Positions 37,501 through 52,600 of a DNA stretch of 64,000 bases are shown in pieces. Position 1 is the first letter of the stretch; every line of letters begins with the position of its first letter. The stretch is from the human T2T-CHM13v2.0 reference genome, Homo sapiens: NCBI RefSeq assembly GCF_009914755.1, contig NC_060925.1; one strand, 5' to 3'. The position numbers were made by a program, and so were the translations under genes. The notes under the pieces were generated by a model. That model made no database searches, was not told the origin of the DNA, and saw nothing but the letters and a program-made list of their open reading frames with translations.

Positions 37501-40500
37501 ATTCTTTAGGAACCATTTTCTCAGCTTCCAGGTTTTTTTTTTTTTTCTCTAGTGTTTCCACTGAGAAGATCAAAATTGAGGCTGGGGAGGCTGAATTGAA
37601 AATTATAACATCTAATTGTTAGGAGCATTTTCAATGTTCCATGCACTCTGTTGGTAGTATTTACATGTTTTATCTCAGTTAATCTTCACAACAACATATC
37701 AGCCAGGTACTACAATGAAACCCATTTTACAACAGGGAGATCCAAGGGTGAAAGAAATAAAGTAACTTATCTTGGGAAAGAGGTAAGGAAGGAAAGAAAT
37801 TGCTTGGTAGACTGGGTAGGGGTGGGGTGGGAGCCGTTTTAGAAAAATTGTGATGGAAAAAAGAAAGGGAATATTAAGAAGTGTCTCTGTGGGTTATGAA
37901 TTGGTTCCCTCCTATGTTCTTTCAGAGGCACAAGTGAAGACTGGAATTCTTTTTAATTAGTAGCTCCATCATTGTTATGAGACCACCTAAGTTTAGAGGG
38001 CATAGTTAAATAGGAGGAAAGTACTTTCACCAGAATTGCAAACTGTGTCCTACAACAGCACACAAAAAAAAACCCCTCATATTAAAACCAACCACAACAA
38101 TGACCTCACCGTATTAAGTCCTGTGATGCATCCTGCCATGCAGGGCACATCCTGAAAGGGGAGAAGAGGCAACTAAGGCCTCCAGCTACTCAGCTACACT
38201 TAACCACAGTAATCCACCCCTAAGTTTCTCCTGGGGCACAGTTCCTTTTTGTTCTCTCATTTTTGTCCTTTCTTTAATAATGAACGTGTGACTCAGAGGT
38301 TTAATGAGTTACCCGGAGAAGTTAACCAGAAGGGAAGCCCATTGAGCAGAGGCATAATTAAAATTGTGAATGGACAGAGGAATACAATCATTGTGGGAGA
38401 CAGGGAGCACAGGAATGACTCACGGGTTAGGTTGCTTAGAAAAGGGCCTCCGGGACTTAAGTTATTTCTGGGGAAGATCTGGAAATTGAAGGAAAAATCT
38501 GGAACTCTTCTACAGTCAAAAGATAGAGAGGCGAGCTGGGACCTCTCCTTTCACTCCTGAATGATTTAGGCTTGTAGCCGGGACTCACTTCCAGCGGAAG
38601 GTGAAGAACAGTGAAGGCTGAATTCCCCAGGGAGTCATTACCTCCTCTGGTGCTAACACCACAAGTGTCTAATGTCAACTACTTCTTGGTTTGGACGTTT
38701 CTTATAGCAAATTATAACAGTCAGGAGAAGGGAAAAAGCAACGACAGCATCATACTGGATTTTCACTCTTTAGCCCAAACTCAGAAATATTTTGCATCTG
38801 TTGAGGCCTGACAGGCAGAGAAACTAAGGAACATAAGCACACACTGGAGATGGGGCTGTTGTAGTTAACAGAAAGTCTGCATGCAAACTTGAGGCCCATT
38901 ATCTGTTTCGTGTATGAAACGGTCCAGGGTGCTGTGAGTTCTTAGGAGAAATGGAGGCTGATCCTAAGCAAGAAAAACAATACTCCCTAGGTCAGGATCT
39001 CTGTAGAGCACCAGCCACAGAAAGCACTTTCCACCTAGGAATCTATTCCAAGAATTTCTGTAACTAAAGCCAGTTCAGATCAGCCATGCTAATGGAGCAG
39101 CAGTACAACTTCATCCCAAATATCACATGGTCTAAGTATTAGGATTTATTGTCTTATTTCCATGCTTGTGTTGATGCTTGAAGAGGGCCAAGATTACCCT
39201 CTCTTTCCTCCTGGAATACAGAGGCAATCACTTCAGCAATGTGGAGAAGCAGCGATGAAAATAAAAAGAGACAGGAGCCCAAGTTAGGTATGAAGTTTGA
39301 AATCCATTTTTAATTTTGTTTGAATATAAGCTTATATGGTTTTTGAACAGCGCTGGGAGCAAATTATTGAAGCTACAATATGAACCATGGAGGAGAAGGA
39401 GTTGGAAGGTGCTCTCACTTTCAGATCTTGCTCATTTAAATAAATCCTCCAAACTCCTTTGTCTATGCTCAGAGTGGACAAGAAGTGAATTGCTTGGGTG
39501 GTCTAAAAGACCTTAGGATGGGTGAGAAGGAGCCTAAAATTTTCTTTTAGTCAAAACTATATGTTTATTTTGTAAATATATGTATGCATATATTTGGAAG
39601 TGAAATTAATATATGAAATGAATTATATTAGCATGAAAGGGCTCAGTGATTTATTTTTCATCCTTACTCAATAGCACCAAGGCAGTAATTTATATTTTTA
39701 CTATACTTTCTTAAAGTCTACCTCCCACTAATCTGTAAGCCACTATAAACAAAAGTTAAAAGAACTGTCCAGAGTCCCAAAAAAACTAAAAGTTTTGCCA
39801 GAATAATCTTTATACAAATAAAACTTCATTTTATCAAATAAAGTAGAATAAAATCCAAAACTGTTACTATACTCATCCTGATACAATTCCCCCAAAGTCA
39901 TAATTCTCTAAGACACTGCTAAACAAGTAGGGGTTAGTTTCTCATCAATAGCTGTCAGTAAATAGAAAACTATTGAGCACAGCCCTAGTCTAACACAGTG
40001 GAGCTGAACCACTTGGGGTTAAGTCCTGGCTTCCACATAAATAGCTTAGGCAAGAAAATTAACCTTTCTGAGCCAATCATGCCCTTTATGCTCTATAAAA
40101 GCATCTGGGAGAACATCATCATGCAAGGACAAACTGGGCAGAAGAAAGAACGAGGAAAGTTCAACGTGCAGTGATCCCTACTGTCTAGATTGGACATGGA
40201 AAGAAAGCTCAGAACTCTAGTGGAGGAGGATGATTTCAGAAGGGCTTGTTCATGGTCCAGATCTATTCTTAGCTAAAGGATAAGATGAATACCTAAAAGG
40301 TTATAATGCAATCCAAAAATCCTTCTAGATTTAGCCAACTCTCAGTCTGAATCACTCCCTGAGTCAGGGTAGGACATGGCACCAGCTCCCGTCCTTGAAC
40401 AATGCAGTTACCTGAGTCAGAGGCTATTTTGAAAAGCTAAAACTGATCTACATCTGGCATTTCAAGGGCAAGCCAATTCACCCACATGCAATCAACCACA

Positions 40501-40679
40501 GGTGAGTTTTCCTTCTATTCATAGATATCCTGGAAATAGGCCTGAAAGTGTAGAAGAGGCAATGTGGAGAAGCAGAGTTTGGCATATATGGACTCCCAAA
40601 CCACTATGAACTAGCTCTGAGACTTTGAAAAGTTATTCAATCTCTCTAAACACAAAACGTCTCATCTATAAAATGGGTA

Positions 40680-42940
40680 GCAGAAAAGACTGCCCATTTT
40701 GAGTGGCACCCAGGGCAAGAAAGAGCTGCGGCAGCTCCCGGCTGCAATACAAGCAGCCTTGCCATTTGGGCCACGTGACCAGGCACATCTCAAGGCACTA
40801 ATGGCAGCTGTGGTGAATGAAGGTGCTGTGTGGTGCCTTGGGCATGCTCCAGTAGTGCAGACCCTGAGGGTTCAGGAGCGAGACAATGCCATTGTAAGTA
40901 AAGGATTATACACCATTCTGAAAACAGCTCCTGGTAGTTATTGAAACTTGGTGAAAACTGAACATCTGAACATGAAACAGCAAGTGACCATATGGGCAGA
41001 GCTGTAAATCTTGAACTAAGTACAGTCAGATCCAGCAAGTCATAAGGTCAAGAAGGCCCAGCAACAATCCTCATAAAGTAGAAGAGGTACACCCCAGGTT
41101 TCACATGAGCAGGGCCGGGGGTCACAAGCTGCAGGGGCAGATGACCAGGCCCACCCCCACTATGTCACTCACCACTGTTGCAGCAACCCTTCTTCCCTCC
41201 TAGATCACAACTATGGCCCATTCCTGGATGACAGAAAAGGAAAAATCCCAAGGCTTGGCTTGGCTCACAGATAGGTCAGCTTGCCTCCCAATGGGCAAAG
41301 CTTCAGGAAGCAGGACTGTTCACCCACTTTGCATGAAGAGAAAAGTGGCCCGTGGTAAAGACAGATGTATACAGACTCATGGACAGTCGTGCAAGGCTTG
41401 GATGGTGGGTCAGGGGCTTGGGTAAAACTAGATTAGAAGACTGAGGAAATGGAAGTCTGTCCAAGGGCATGTGGCTGGACCTGTGGGAGTGGGCACCAAG
41501 TGACATGAGCTCTGTGTTGTGTGTTAAGGCCAACCAGTGAGCACTGATGATGGAAGAGGTGCTTAACTACCACTGGACAGGAGACTTCAGCCGGCCTCTG
41601 TCCTTGGCTATCCAGGGCTTATGCAATGGCTCATGAATGGAGCAGCCATGATGACAGAGATAGACGCTACCCACAGGCCCAACAGCAGGAGCTCCTGAAT
41701 TCTGAAGATGATCTAGCTCCTGATGCTGCTAAACATTCAAACCGCTAGCCACAAAAGCCAATTCTGAGACCCTGAGATGGCACCATCCTTAGAGGAGACC
41801 AACTGGCTTGATGGTGACAAGTTGATTTACTCCCACCCTGAAAAGGACAATATTTTATCGTGATTAGAATTGGCAAATATTCCAGGTATAGATTTATTTT
41901 TCTTGCCTGCAGGTCTCAGCCACCACTACTATCCAAGGACTCCAACTGACTGCTATAGCTGAGAGTCTGATCCTGCATAAATTCACTTCAGACAAAGAAA
42001 TCCACCTTACAGCAAAGAAAGTGCACAGGAACACATGACCATGTGATCCACTGCTCCTGCTACTTACCACACCATCCAGATGCTGCTGGCCTGATCGAGC
42101 ATTGGAACAACCTCTTAAAAGCATAGTTAAGGGGCAAGCTTGGACATAACACCCTGTACAGGTGAGGCACTGCCCTTCGGGAAGTAGCATATACTTTAAA
42201 CCAAAGCCATAATATGGGGCTGGTTCCCAAGAAACAGAATGCATAGGTCTGGGAACTAAGGCTGGGGGACAAAGCAGGAGTGACCCCACTCTTTATTACT
42301 CCCAGTGTCCCTTGTGGAATTTGCACTTCCTACATGTAGTACCTTATGCTCCACGGGGCTAGAGATGTGTCCACCAAGGAACACAGTTTTTGCTAAAATT
42401 AAGTTATAGCTGCTACCTCCAGGTTGCTTTAGGCTCTTCATTCTAAGAGTAGGCAAAAAAACTGAGTTGTCTTACTGGCAAGGGGGTATGACCATGATCA
42501 ATATGAGGAAGTAGAGAGACTGCTACCTAATGGGAGCAGGAAGGAATAGGTATGATGTGATACATATGACGGGTGACCCACTAGGGTATCTCCTGGTACT
42601 TCAATAACCAGTTTTAACTCATAAACTGGCAAGTACAACAACAACAGCCTGATAAGGGAATGGAAACCAGGGGCTCAGACCCCCTCAGGATGAAAGTTGG
42701 GCCAGAAAGTCCACCACACTAGCCACATTGGTTAGCCAGAAGTGCTAGCCAAGAAAGAAGAATCTAGAAAGGGTAGCAGACAAGGAAGATGATGAGTATT
42801 AGTATGGCCTCAGGACCAACTGCAACCATGGAGACGGTAGTTTGTCCCAATAACCCAAAAATTCTGACCAAGAAGAATCCTGCAGAAGTTATCAGAAGAT
42901 AGAGTAAGCTTACAATGAGAAACAAGTGGTTCTTAATGGT
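40680..42940 (+). mobile_element. Decayed ERVL-class internal region (HERV16/ERV3-16-like pol: RNase H and integrase)
   Basis: ORF 40699 AAIQAALPFGPRD matches ERVL pol VQAALPLGPYD; further remnants W(L)TD.SA, Y.PHHP.AAGLIE.WN..LK. Confidence 0.75.
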
Positions 42941-42944
42941 ACAA

Positions 42945-43290
42945 GCAGTAGCTGGTAGCAGAGGCAACAGTTGCCTTAACTAGAGACATCTGAGAAGTAT
43001 ATGCTCCCCACTCCTCCCCCAAGTGTCACTTGTGACAGACTGATACAGGGGAATAAGAGTTCAACTCCCTTGCCTCAAGACAGGACAACCTGTATGGCAC
43101 ATCTCACACTCTAGAGCTCCTCGAAGGATTACACTGAAGCCAGACTTCTTCTAAAACCACATTTTTTCCTAGTTTCTTCTCTGTCCTATACTGCTTTCTC
43201 CCTCTGTTGGAGGTTTTTCCTAAGAGCAATCCCTTAATAAACATCTTGCACAAGCTTCCCATCTAGGCCCTGTTTCTAGGTGCCCAAGCA
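42945..43290 (+). mobile_element. LTR16-like 3' LTR
   Basis: Follows the ERVL internal part; ends cttaataaacatcttgcacaagcttcccatctaggccctgtttctagg. Confidence 0.6.
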
Positions 43291-43399
43291 GGATCCACTT
43301 TTGCACGCCCACAGTGTTTACAGCCCCATACGAAGTGCTAAAGGCATATGAGAGTTTGAGGTAATGTTTAGCCAATATCCACTCTCCTCCCCCTCCACT

Positions 43400-44284
43400 G
43401 TGGGCAGAAAATACTTCCCTGCCCCACTGTGGCAGATTGTTCTTTCCAAAAATGGCTGCAACACTATCTCTCATCCCTCATGTACTTTTCACAATGTGAC
43501 CTTCATATCCATCCCATGGAGAGTTGGGATCCATGTCTCTTCCCCATGAAAGTGAGCAGGTTTTTGTGACTGTTTCAACCAACAGAGATTAGTAGAAATG
43601 ATGCCATGTGAATTTCCAAGGCTGGTCATAAAAGACAAGGTACCTTCCACTTGGTCCTCTGCAACAATTGTGCCAAGTTCTAACATTCCTTGTAAGTGGC
43701 CTGATAGTCCTAAAGCCACCAAGCTGTGTGGAAGCTCAAATGAGTTCATGCGGGGTCCACATGAAAAAGCTGAGAGATACCTGGGCAGCTCCCTGCAATG
43801 CCAGCTCCAACCATCATCAGACTGTAACTGCATGAGAGACTCTGAGCCAGACCACTCAGCTAAGCCCCACCTGAATCCCTGACCCACATCAATCAAGAGA
43901 CACAATAAAATGATTGCTATTATTTTGAGCCACTAAATTCCAGGGAATTTTTGCCATAGCAATAGTAACCAAGGCACCCAATGACAGTGAGCTTCGCCAC
44001 ATCACTGTTTTGGGTCAATAGCACTTGCATCTTGTATTTCTGCCATCACAATGAGAAAAGCATGTCTTGGCACAAGCATGACACTGGTACAAGAAAATTG
44101 AGAGATGTGTGTAGCTGACCTGGAAAAAACCTGCAATCTGGGCCAGCCCAGCCCAGATCAGCCAGACCTTAGCCAACTGCCTTGCAGATGCATAAATGAC
44201 AAATAAATGCTCATAACTGTACACTACTGCAATTGTGTGGGATTGCATTGTTGTTATGCAGCATTATGGTGATAACTGATACAA
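43400..44284 (+). mobile_element. Nested MLT1 LTRs (inner copy ~43428-43976 within an older MLT1)
   Basis: Two TGTGG starts 29 bp apart and two MLT1-type 3' ends (catagcaatagtaacc.. and gcagcattatggtgataactgataca). Confidence 0.6.
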
Positions 44285-45520
44285 GGAGAAATATGAAAGC
44301 GAGAGAAAACATTCCCTGATTCCAAGAATAGGATACTTCTTAACTTGTAATTAGGTGGGCTTTATGCTTATTATCAATAACATTGTCCAATAGCATCTCT
44401 ATCCCGGAAAATAATATCACTCTCCAATTAGTAATACTGGTCCCTTTTCTGAGGTCCTAAATACATAAGACAAATGACTTCACAGGTTTTCCTTAATCAG
44501 GTGCCTTTGGCACCTCAAAAAGAAGACAATGGATAGATAGAAAATATTCCCAGCAAACATTAGCTAGAATTAGAGGCACCATAAGCCAAGAATTAAGTTA
44601 CAAACCCCTGAGGTAAGAGATCAGGGAATCCCATAAAAAATTGGAGGGGTACTGATGCATCTAAGCAGTACATTAGGGTTATAAGTAAAAAAGCTTCAAG
44701 AGATTCACTTAAGCCAGAAATATAGGAAAATAAACTGCAATACAAAAGAGGAAAGGGCAATAAATATTTACCAAGAATGCTCAGGACCAAAGTGGGAAAC
44801 CAAGAAAACAGAAGAGAGGCCAGGCCCAGATCTCCAGATCAAACCAAACCTCAAACCAGAGCTTACTCAGGTCAGCCTTGGCCAAAAGGATTTGACTTTT
44901 CCTGGAACCAGTGGTTTGAAAATCATTCATAGCACATAAAGAATAATTATCGCCCAGTGTCTTTTAAAAATGGAATACAAGTTGATCAGGAAAAATAAGG
45001 AAATGTCATACCAAATTACTCGACAATTCATATTTGGATTTTCATGTTAATTTCGTAAAACACATGTCATTTGTGAACTTACTAGGTACTCCCTGGGACG
45101 TCACTAGACATTGAGTGTATGAAAGTTATTATGCTCTTTCTCTGGTTCAAAAAGTTGGACCAGAAGGGATGCTGGAACTCTTACTCATCTTTGAATGGCT
45201 TTGGGGATACTGACTTGATTCTACATTCAAATTCACCTCATCACACTAACCAGAGTGGCAAAGGTGTTGAGAATATCAAAGTCTCTTGGAAAGACAATAA
45301 TAAAAAAAATTTCTGAAAGAAAGATGTACTAGAGCCCCACCGAACTCAAGCCAAGCATTTTATCACTACTACCCTAGAGGTTGAGGTACACAAAACCCAT
45401 TGTTGCAGGGTTTTTGAACAACAGTACAAGTGACATTTTGAACCAGATAATTTTTCATCATGGAGACCCGTCCTGTGCATTGCAGGTTGTTTATTTAGCA
45501 GCCTCCCTGGCGTCTACTAA

Positions 45521-45878
<358 letters not shown>

Positions 45879-45927
45879 AAAAGTTTTTCCAAACATTGCC
45901 AATGTCCCCTGGAGGCAAAATCACTCC

Positions 45928-46248
45928 GAGTTTTTTATCCTTGCGATAGTTTGCTGAGAATGATGGTTTCCAGCTTCATCCATGTCCTTACAAAGGACAT
46001 GAACTCATCATTTTTCATAGGTGGGAATTGAACAGTGAGAACACTTGGACACAGGAAGGGGAACATCACACCCTGGGGCCTGTTGTGGGGTGGGGGGAGC
46101 GGCGAGGGGGGAGGGAAAGCATTAGGAGATATACCTAATGTAAATGACGATTTAATGGGTGCAGCACACCAACATGGCACATGTATACATATGTAACAAA
46201 CCTGCACGTTGTGCACATGTACCCTAAAACTTAAAGTATAATAAAAAA
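45928..46248 (+). mobile_element. Young L1PA (PA3/4-like) 3' end with 5' inversion
   Basis: Antisense L1 45931-46015 joined to sense 3'UTR 46016-46248; TSD AAAATCACTCC at 45917-45927 and 46249-46259. Confidence 0.92.
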
Positions 46249-46680
46249 AAAATCACTCCAAGCTGATAACCACTTCATTGGTGGAACCTAGCCTTAAAGG
46301 GCCAGCTTCCTAAGCATGAAGAAGCAAAATGTCTTTGGGATGTAAGCAGATAACCAATGGGACAAGCTTATATTAAGGCAGTGATCCAAACTTTTTTTCT
46401 GCCGAACAGATTCAAGTTCACAAACAGTCACTCCCGGACATACTCAGATTCTGACGTAATATGACTAGAGCTTATATAAGCTCTACTGCTTTATTCTGAC
46501 CCAAGAAAGAGTATTAAAATGCAAGTGAGTGAAAATGAAGGTGTTATGGATTGAATGGTGTCCTTCCAAGAAGATATGTTGACGTCCTTCCTAACGCCCA
46601 GTCGTTCAGAATTTGACCTTATTTGGAAGCAAGGTTTCTGCAAATGTAGTTAAGATGAAGTTATTAAAGGAAAACTTGTG

Positions 46681-49600
46681 GAGGAGGGGCCAAGATGGCT
46701 GCCTAGAAGCAGCTGCAGTCGGCAGCTCCCACTGAGAAGAACGAAAATGGCAAGTGAATCCTGCACCTTCAGCTGAGGTATCTATGTTCTCTCATTGGGA
46801 CTGACTAGGCAGTTGATGTGACCCACGCAGAGCGAGGAAAAGCAGGCTGGAGCAATGGCCCACCTGGGAGCCACACGGGGAAAGGGGAGCTCCCAGCCCC
46901 AGCCAAGGGAGGCAGTGAGTGATTGTGCTACCCCACCTGGGAAACCATGCTTTTTCCACAGATCTGTGCAACCTGTGGATCAGGAGATCCCCTCATGAGC
47001 CCACACAACCAGGGTCTTGGGTCCCACACACAGAGCTATGCAGATGCTCAGTGGCCACTGGCAGCAGGCTGGAGACTGCCTAAGATGACCAAGTTCCTGG
47101 GGGGAAGGGCAGCTGCCATCACTGTGGCTTTAGACTGCCATTTTTCCCCACTGGTGCCGGGGAGACTGGGTAGTTTGGACCGGGAGGAATTCCCCCACAG
47201 GTGCAGCACAGCAGCTGTGGCAGATCATGGCCAGACTGCTTCTTTAGGTGGGATCCAGATCCATTCCTCCTCACCAGGCCAGAATGTCAGCAATTCCAGC
47301 AAGGGGTTTAGGACAAAACTCTGATCTCCCTGGGACAGAGCCCCTGGGGAAAGGGATGGCCACAGTATCTGTGGTTCAGCAGACTTACTCTTTCCTTCCT
47401 GCTGGCTCTGAAGAGTCTGGGCAGTCTGGGCAAGCGGGATTCCCCCAAGAGCAGTGCACCCGTTCTGCCAAGGGGCAGCCAGAGTGCTTCATTATGTGGG
47501 TCCCTGATCCCATGCCTCCTGACTGGTGAGACCCACCCCCCTCAACAGGGGTCACCAGACATCTTATACAGGAGCATTCCCACTGGCATCAGGTTGGTGC
47601 CTCTTTGGGATGGAGCTCCCAGGGGAAGGAACAGGCAGCCATCTTTGCTGTTCTGCAGCCTCCACTGGTGACACCTCTAGGGGCCAAGGTGAATAGGGTC
47701 TAGAGTGGACCCCCAGAAAACTGCAGCAGCCCTATGGAAGAAAGTCCTGACTACTAAAAAACAAAGAGAAAGAAACAACAACATCAACAAAAAAGATCCC
47801 ACAAAACCCCATCCAAAGGTCAGCAGCCTCAAAGACTGAAGGTGGATAAGCTTACAAAGATGAGAAAGAAGCAAAACAAAATTGCTGAAAACTCAAAAAG
47901 CCAGAGTGCCTCTTCTCCAAATGACTGCAATACCTCTCCAGCTGAGATGGATGAACTGACAGAAGTAGGCTTCAGAAGGTAGGTAATAATAAACTTTGCT
48001 AAGTTAAAGGAGTATGTTCTAACCCAAGGCAAAGAAGCTAAGAAGCATGATAAAACATTTCAGAAGCTGTTAGCCAGAATAAACAGTTTAGAGAGGAACA
48101 TAAATGACCTGATGGAGCTGAAAAACACATGAGAACTTCACAATGCAACCACAAGTATATCAATAGCCGAACAGACCAAGTGGAGGAAAGAATCTCAGAG
48201 CTTGAAGGCTATCTTGCTGAAGTAAGACAGGCAGACAAGATTAGAAAAAGAAGACTGAAAAGGAATGAACAAAACCTCCAAGAACTATGGGATCATATAA
48301 AAGGACCAAACCTACGACTGATTGGGGTACCTGAAAGGGACAGAAAGAATGGAACCAAGTTGGAAAACATACATCAAAATATCATCCAGGAGAACTTCCC
48401 CAATCTAGCAAGACAGGCCAACATTCAAATTCAGGAAATCCAGAGAACTCCAGTAAAATACTCCATGAGAAGATCAACCCCAAGACACATTATCGTCAGA
48501 TTCTCCAAGGTCGAAATAAAGGAAAAAATGTTAAAGGCAGCCAGAGAGAAAAGCCAGGTCACCTACAAGGGAAGCCCATCAGACTAACAGTGGACCTCTC
48601 AGCAGAAACCCTACATGCCAGAAGAGATTGGGGGCCAATATTCAACATTCTTAAAGAAAAGAATTTCCAACCCAGAATTTCGTATCTTTCCAAACTAGGC
48701 TTCCTAAGTGAAGGTGAAATAAAATCTTTTTCAGACAAGCAAATACTGAGGGAATTTGTCACCAGCAGGCCTGCCTTGCCAAAGCTCCTGAAGGAACCAC
48801 TAAAAATGAAAAGGAAAAACCATTACCAGCCACTAAAAAAACACACTGAAGTACACAGACCAATGACACTACGAAGCAACTCCATTAACAAGTCTGCAAA
48901 ATAACCAGATAGCATCATGATGACGGGATCAAATTCACATATAACAATATTAACCTTAAATGTAAATGGGCTAAATGCCCTAATTAAAAGACACAGAATG
49001 GCAAGCTGGATAAAGATTCAAGACCCATCAGTGTGCTGTATTCTTTTTTTTTTTTTTTTGAGATGGAGTCTCGCTCTTTCACCCAGGCCAGACTGCGGTG
49101 GCGCCATCTCGGCTCACTGCAAGCCCCGCCTCCTGGGTTCACGCCATTCTCCTGCCTCAGCCTCCCGAGTAGCTGGGACTATAGGTGCCCATCACCGTGC
49201 CCAGCTAATTTTTTTTTTTTTTGTATTTTTAGTAGAGACGGGGTTTCACCATGTTAGCCAGGATGGTCTCAATCTCCTGACCTCGTGATCCACCCTCCTA
49301 AGCCTCCAAAAGTGCTGGGATTACAGGCGTGAGCCACCATGCCTGGCCCAGTGTGCTGTATTCAAAAGACCCATCTCACAGGCAAAGACATACATAGGCT
49401 AGAAATAGATGGATGGAGGAGAATTTACCAAGCAAATGGAAAGCAGAAAAAAAGCAGGGGTTGCAATTCTAGTTCCTGACAAAACAGACTTTAAACCAAC
49501 AAAGATCAAAAAAGACAAGGAAGGGCATTACATAATGGAAAAGGGTTCAATTCTATAAAAAGAGATAGCTATCCTAAATATATATGCACCTAATACAGAA

Positions 49601-52600
49601 ACACCCAGATTCATAAAATAAGTTCTTAGAGACCTACAAAGAGACTTAGACTCCCACACAATAATAGTGGGAGACATTAACACCCCACTGCCAATATTAG
49701 ATCATTGAGACAGAAAATTAATAAAGATATTCAGGACTTGAACTCAGCTCTGGATCAAGTGGACCTGATAGATATCTTCAGTACTCCCCACCCAAAACAA
49801 TAGAATATACATTATTCTTATCCCCACATGTCACTTACTCTAAAATCTATCACATAAATGAATGGAAGTAAAACACTCCTCAGCAAATGCAAAAGAACTG
49901 AAATCATAGCAAACAATCTCTCAGATCATAGCGCCATCAAATTACAACTCAAGATTAAGAAAGTCACTCAAAACCACACAACTACATGAAAATTGAACAA
50001 CCTGCTCCTGAATGATTCCTGGGTAAATAATGAAAGGCAGAAATCAAGAAGTTCTTTGAAACTAATGAGAACAAAGAGACAATGTACCAGAATCTCTGGA
50101 ATGCAGCTAAAGCAGTGTTTAGAGAGAAATTTATAGCACCAAATGCCCACATCAAAAAGCTAGAAAGATCTCAAATCAACATCCTAACATCACAACTAAA
50201 AACACTAGAGAACCAAGAGCAAACAAACCCCAAAGTTAGCAGAAGACAAGAAATAACTGAGATCAGAGCAGAACTGAAGGAGATAGAGACACACAAAAAA
50301 AACCCTTCAAAAAATCAATGAATTCAGGAGCTGTTTTTCTGAAAAACTTAATAAAATAGACCACTAGACTAATAAAGAAGAAAAGAGAAGAATCAAATAG
50401 ACACAGTAAAAATTGATAAAGGGGATATCATCACAGACCCCACAAAAATACAAACAACTATCAGAGAACATTATTCATATAAACACTTCTATGCAAATAA
50501 ACTAGAAAATCTTAGAAGAAATGGATAAATTCCTAGACACATACAACCTCCCAAGACTGAACCAGGAAGAAGCTGAATCCTTGAATAGACCAATAATTAA
50601 TTCTGAAATTGAGGCAGTAATAAATAGCCTACCAACCAAAAAAAGCCCAGGGCCAGATAGATTTATAGCTGAATTCTACCAGAGGTACAAAGAGGAGATG
50701 GTACCATTTCTTCTGAAACTATCCCAAATAACAGAAAAAGAGGGACTCCTCCCTAACTCATTTTATGAGGCCAGCATAATCCTGATAGAGATACAACCTG
50801 GCAGAGATACAAAAAAAAAAAGAAAAAGAAAACTTTGGGCCAATATCCCTGATGAACATCGATGCAAAAATCCGCAATAAAATACTGGCAAACAAAATCC
50901 AGCAGCACATCAAAAAGCCTACTCACCACAATCAAGTCGGCTTCATCCCCAGCATGCAAGGCTGGTTCAACTTGTGCAAATCAATAAATGTAATTCATCA
51001 CATAAACAGAACTAAAGACAAAAATCACATGATTATCTCAATAGAGGCAGAAAAGTCCTTTGATAAAATTCAACATCCCTTCACGTTAAAAATTCTCAAT
51101 AAACTAGGCATTGAAGGAACATACCTCAAAATAGTAAGAGCCATTTATGATAAACCCACAGCCAATATCATACTGAATGGGCAAAAGCTGGAAGCATTCC
51201 CCTTGAAATCTGGCACAAGACAAGGATGCCCTCTCTCACCACTCCTATTCAACATAGTATTCAAAGTTCTGGCCAGGGCAATTAGGCAAGAGAAAGAAAT
51301 AAAGGTTATTCAAATAGAAACAGAGGAAGTCACACTGGCTCTGTTTGCAAATGACATAATCCTATATCCAGAAAACACCATCAACTTAGCCCAAAAGCTC
51401 CTTAAGCTGATACACAACTGCAGCAAAGTCTTAGGATACAAAGTCAATGTGCAAAAATCACAAGCATTTCTATACACAAACAGCAGACAAGCAGAGAGCC
51501 AAATCATGAATGAATTCCCATTCACAATTGCTACAAAGAGAATAAAATATGTAGGATTGCAGCTAAAAAGGGAAGTGAAGGACCTCTTCAAGGAGAACTA
51601 CAAACTACTGCTCAAGGAAATCAGAGAGGACAAAAACAGATGGAAAAACATTCCATGTTCATGGATAGGAAGAATCAATATCGTGAAAATGGCCATATTG
51701 CCCAAAGTAATTTACAGATTCCATGCTATTCCCATTAAACTACCATTGACATTCTTCTTAGAATTAGAGAAAACTATTTCAAAATCCATATGGAACCAAA
51801 AAAGAGCCTATATAGCCAAGACAATCCTAAGCAGAAAGAACAAAACTGGAGACATCATGCTACCTGAGTTCAAACTATACTACAAGGCTACAGTAACCAA
51901 AACATCATGATACTGGTACAAAATAGACACATAGACCAATGGAACAGAACAGAGAACTCAGAAATAAGACCACACACCTACAACCATCTGATCTTTGACA
52001 AACCTGACAAAAACAAGCAATGGGGACAGAATTTCCTATTAATAAATGGTGCTAGGAGAACCGGCTAGTCATATGAAGAAAATTGAAACTGGACCCACTC
52101 CTTATACCTTATACAAAAATTAGCTCAAGACGAATTAAACGCTTACATGTAAAACTCAAAACTATAAAAATTCTAGAAGAAAATCTAGGAAATACCATTC
52201 AGGACACAGGCATGAGCAAAGATTTCATGATGAAAACATCAAAAGCAATTGCAACAAAAGCAAAAATTGACAAATGCGATCTAATTAAACTAAAGAGCTT
52301 CTGCACAGCAAAAGAAATTTTCATCAGAGCAGACAGACAATCTAAAGAATGGGAGAAAAATGTTGCAATTTATCCAACTGACCAAGGTCTAATATCCAGA
52401 ATCTACAAGGAAGTTGAATAAATTTACAAGCAAAAAACAACCCCATTAAAAAGTGGGCAAAGGACATGAACAGACACTTCTCAAAAGAAGACATTTATGT
52501 GGCCAACAAGCATGAAAAAAAGCTCAACAAGAGAAATACAAATCAAAACCACAATGAGATACCATTTCACATGAGTTAGAATGGTGATTATTAAAAAGTT

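Noticed and set aside
50852-51910. 352-aa reverse transcriptase ORF
   Set aside because: Fragment of a dead L1 ORF2: catalytic FADD is FAND, frameshifts flank it and an Alu interrupts the endonuclease.
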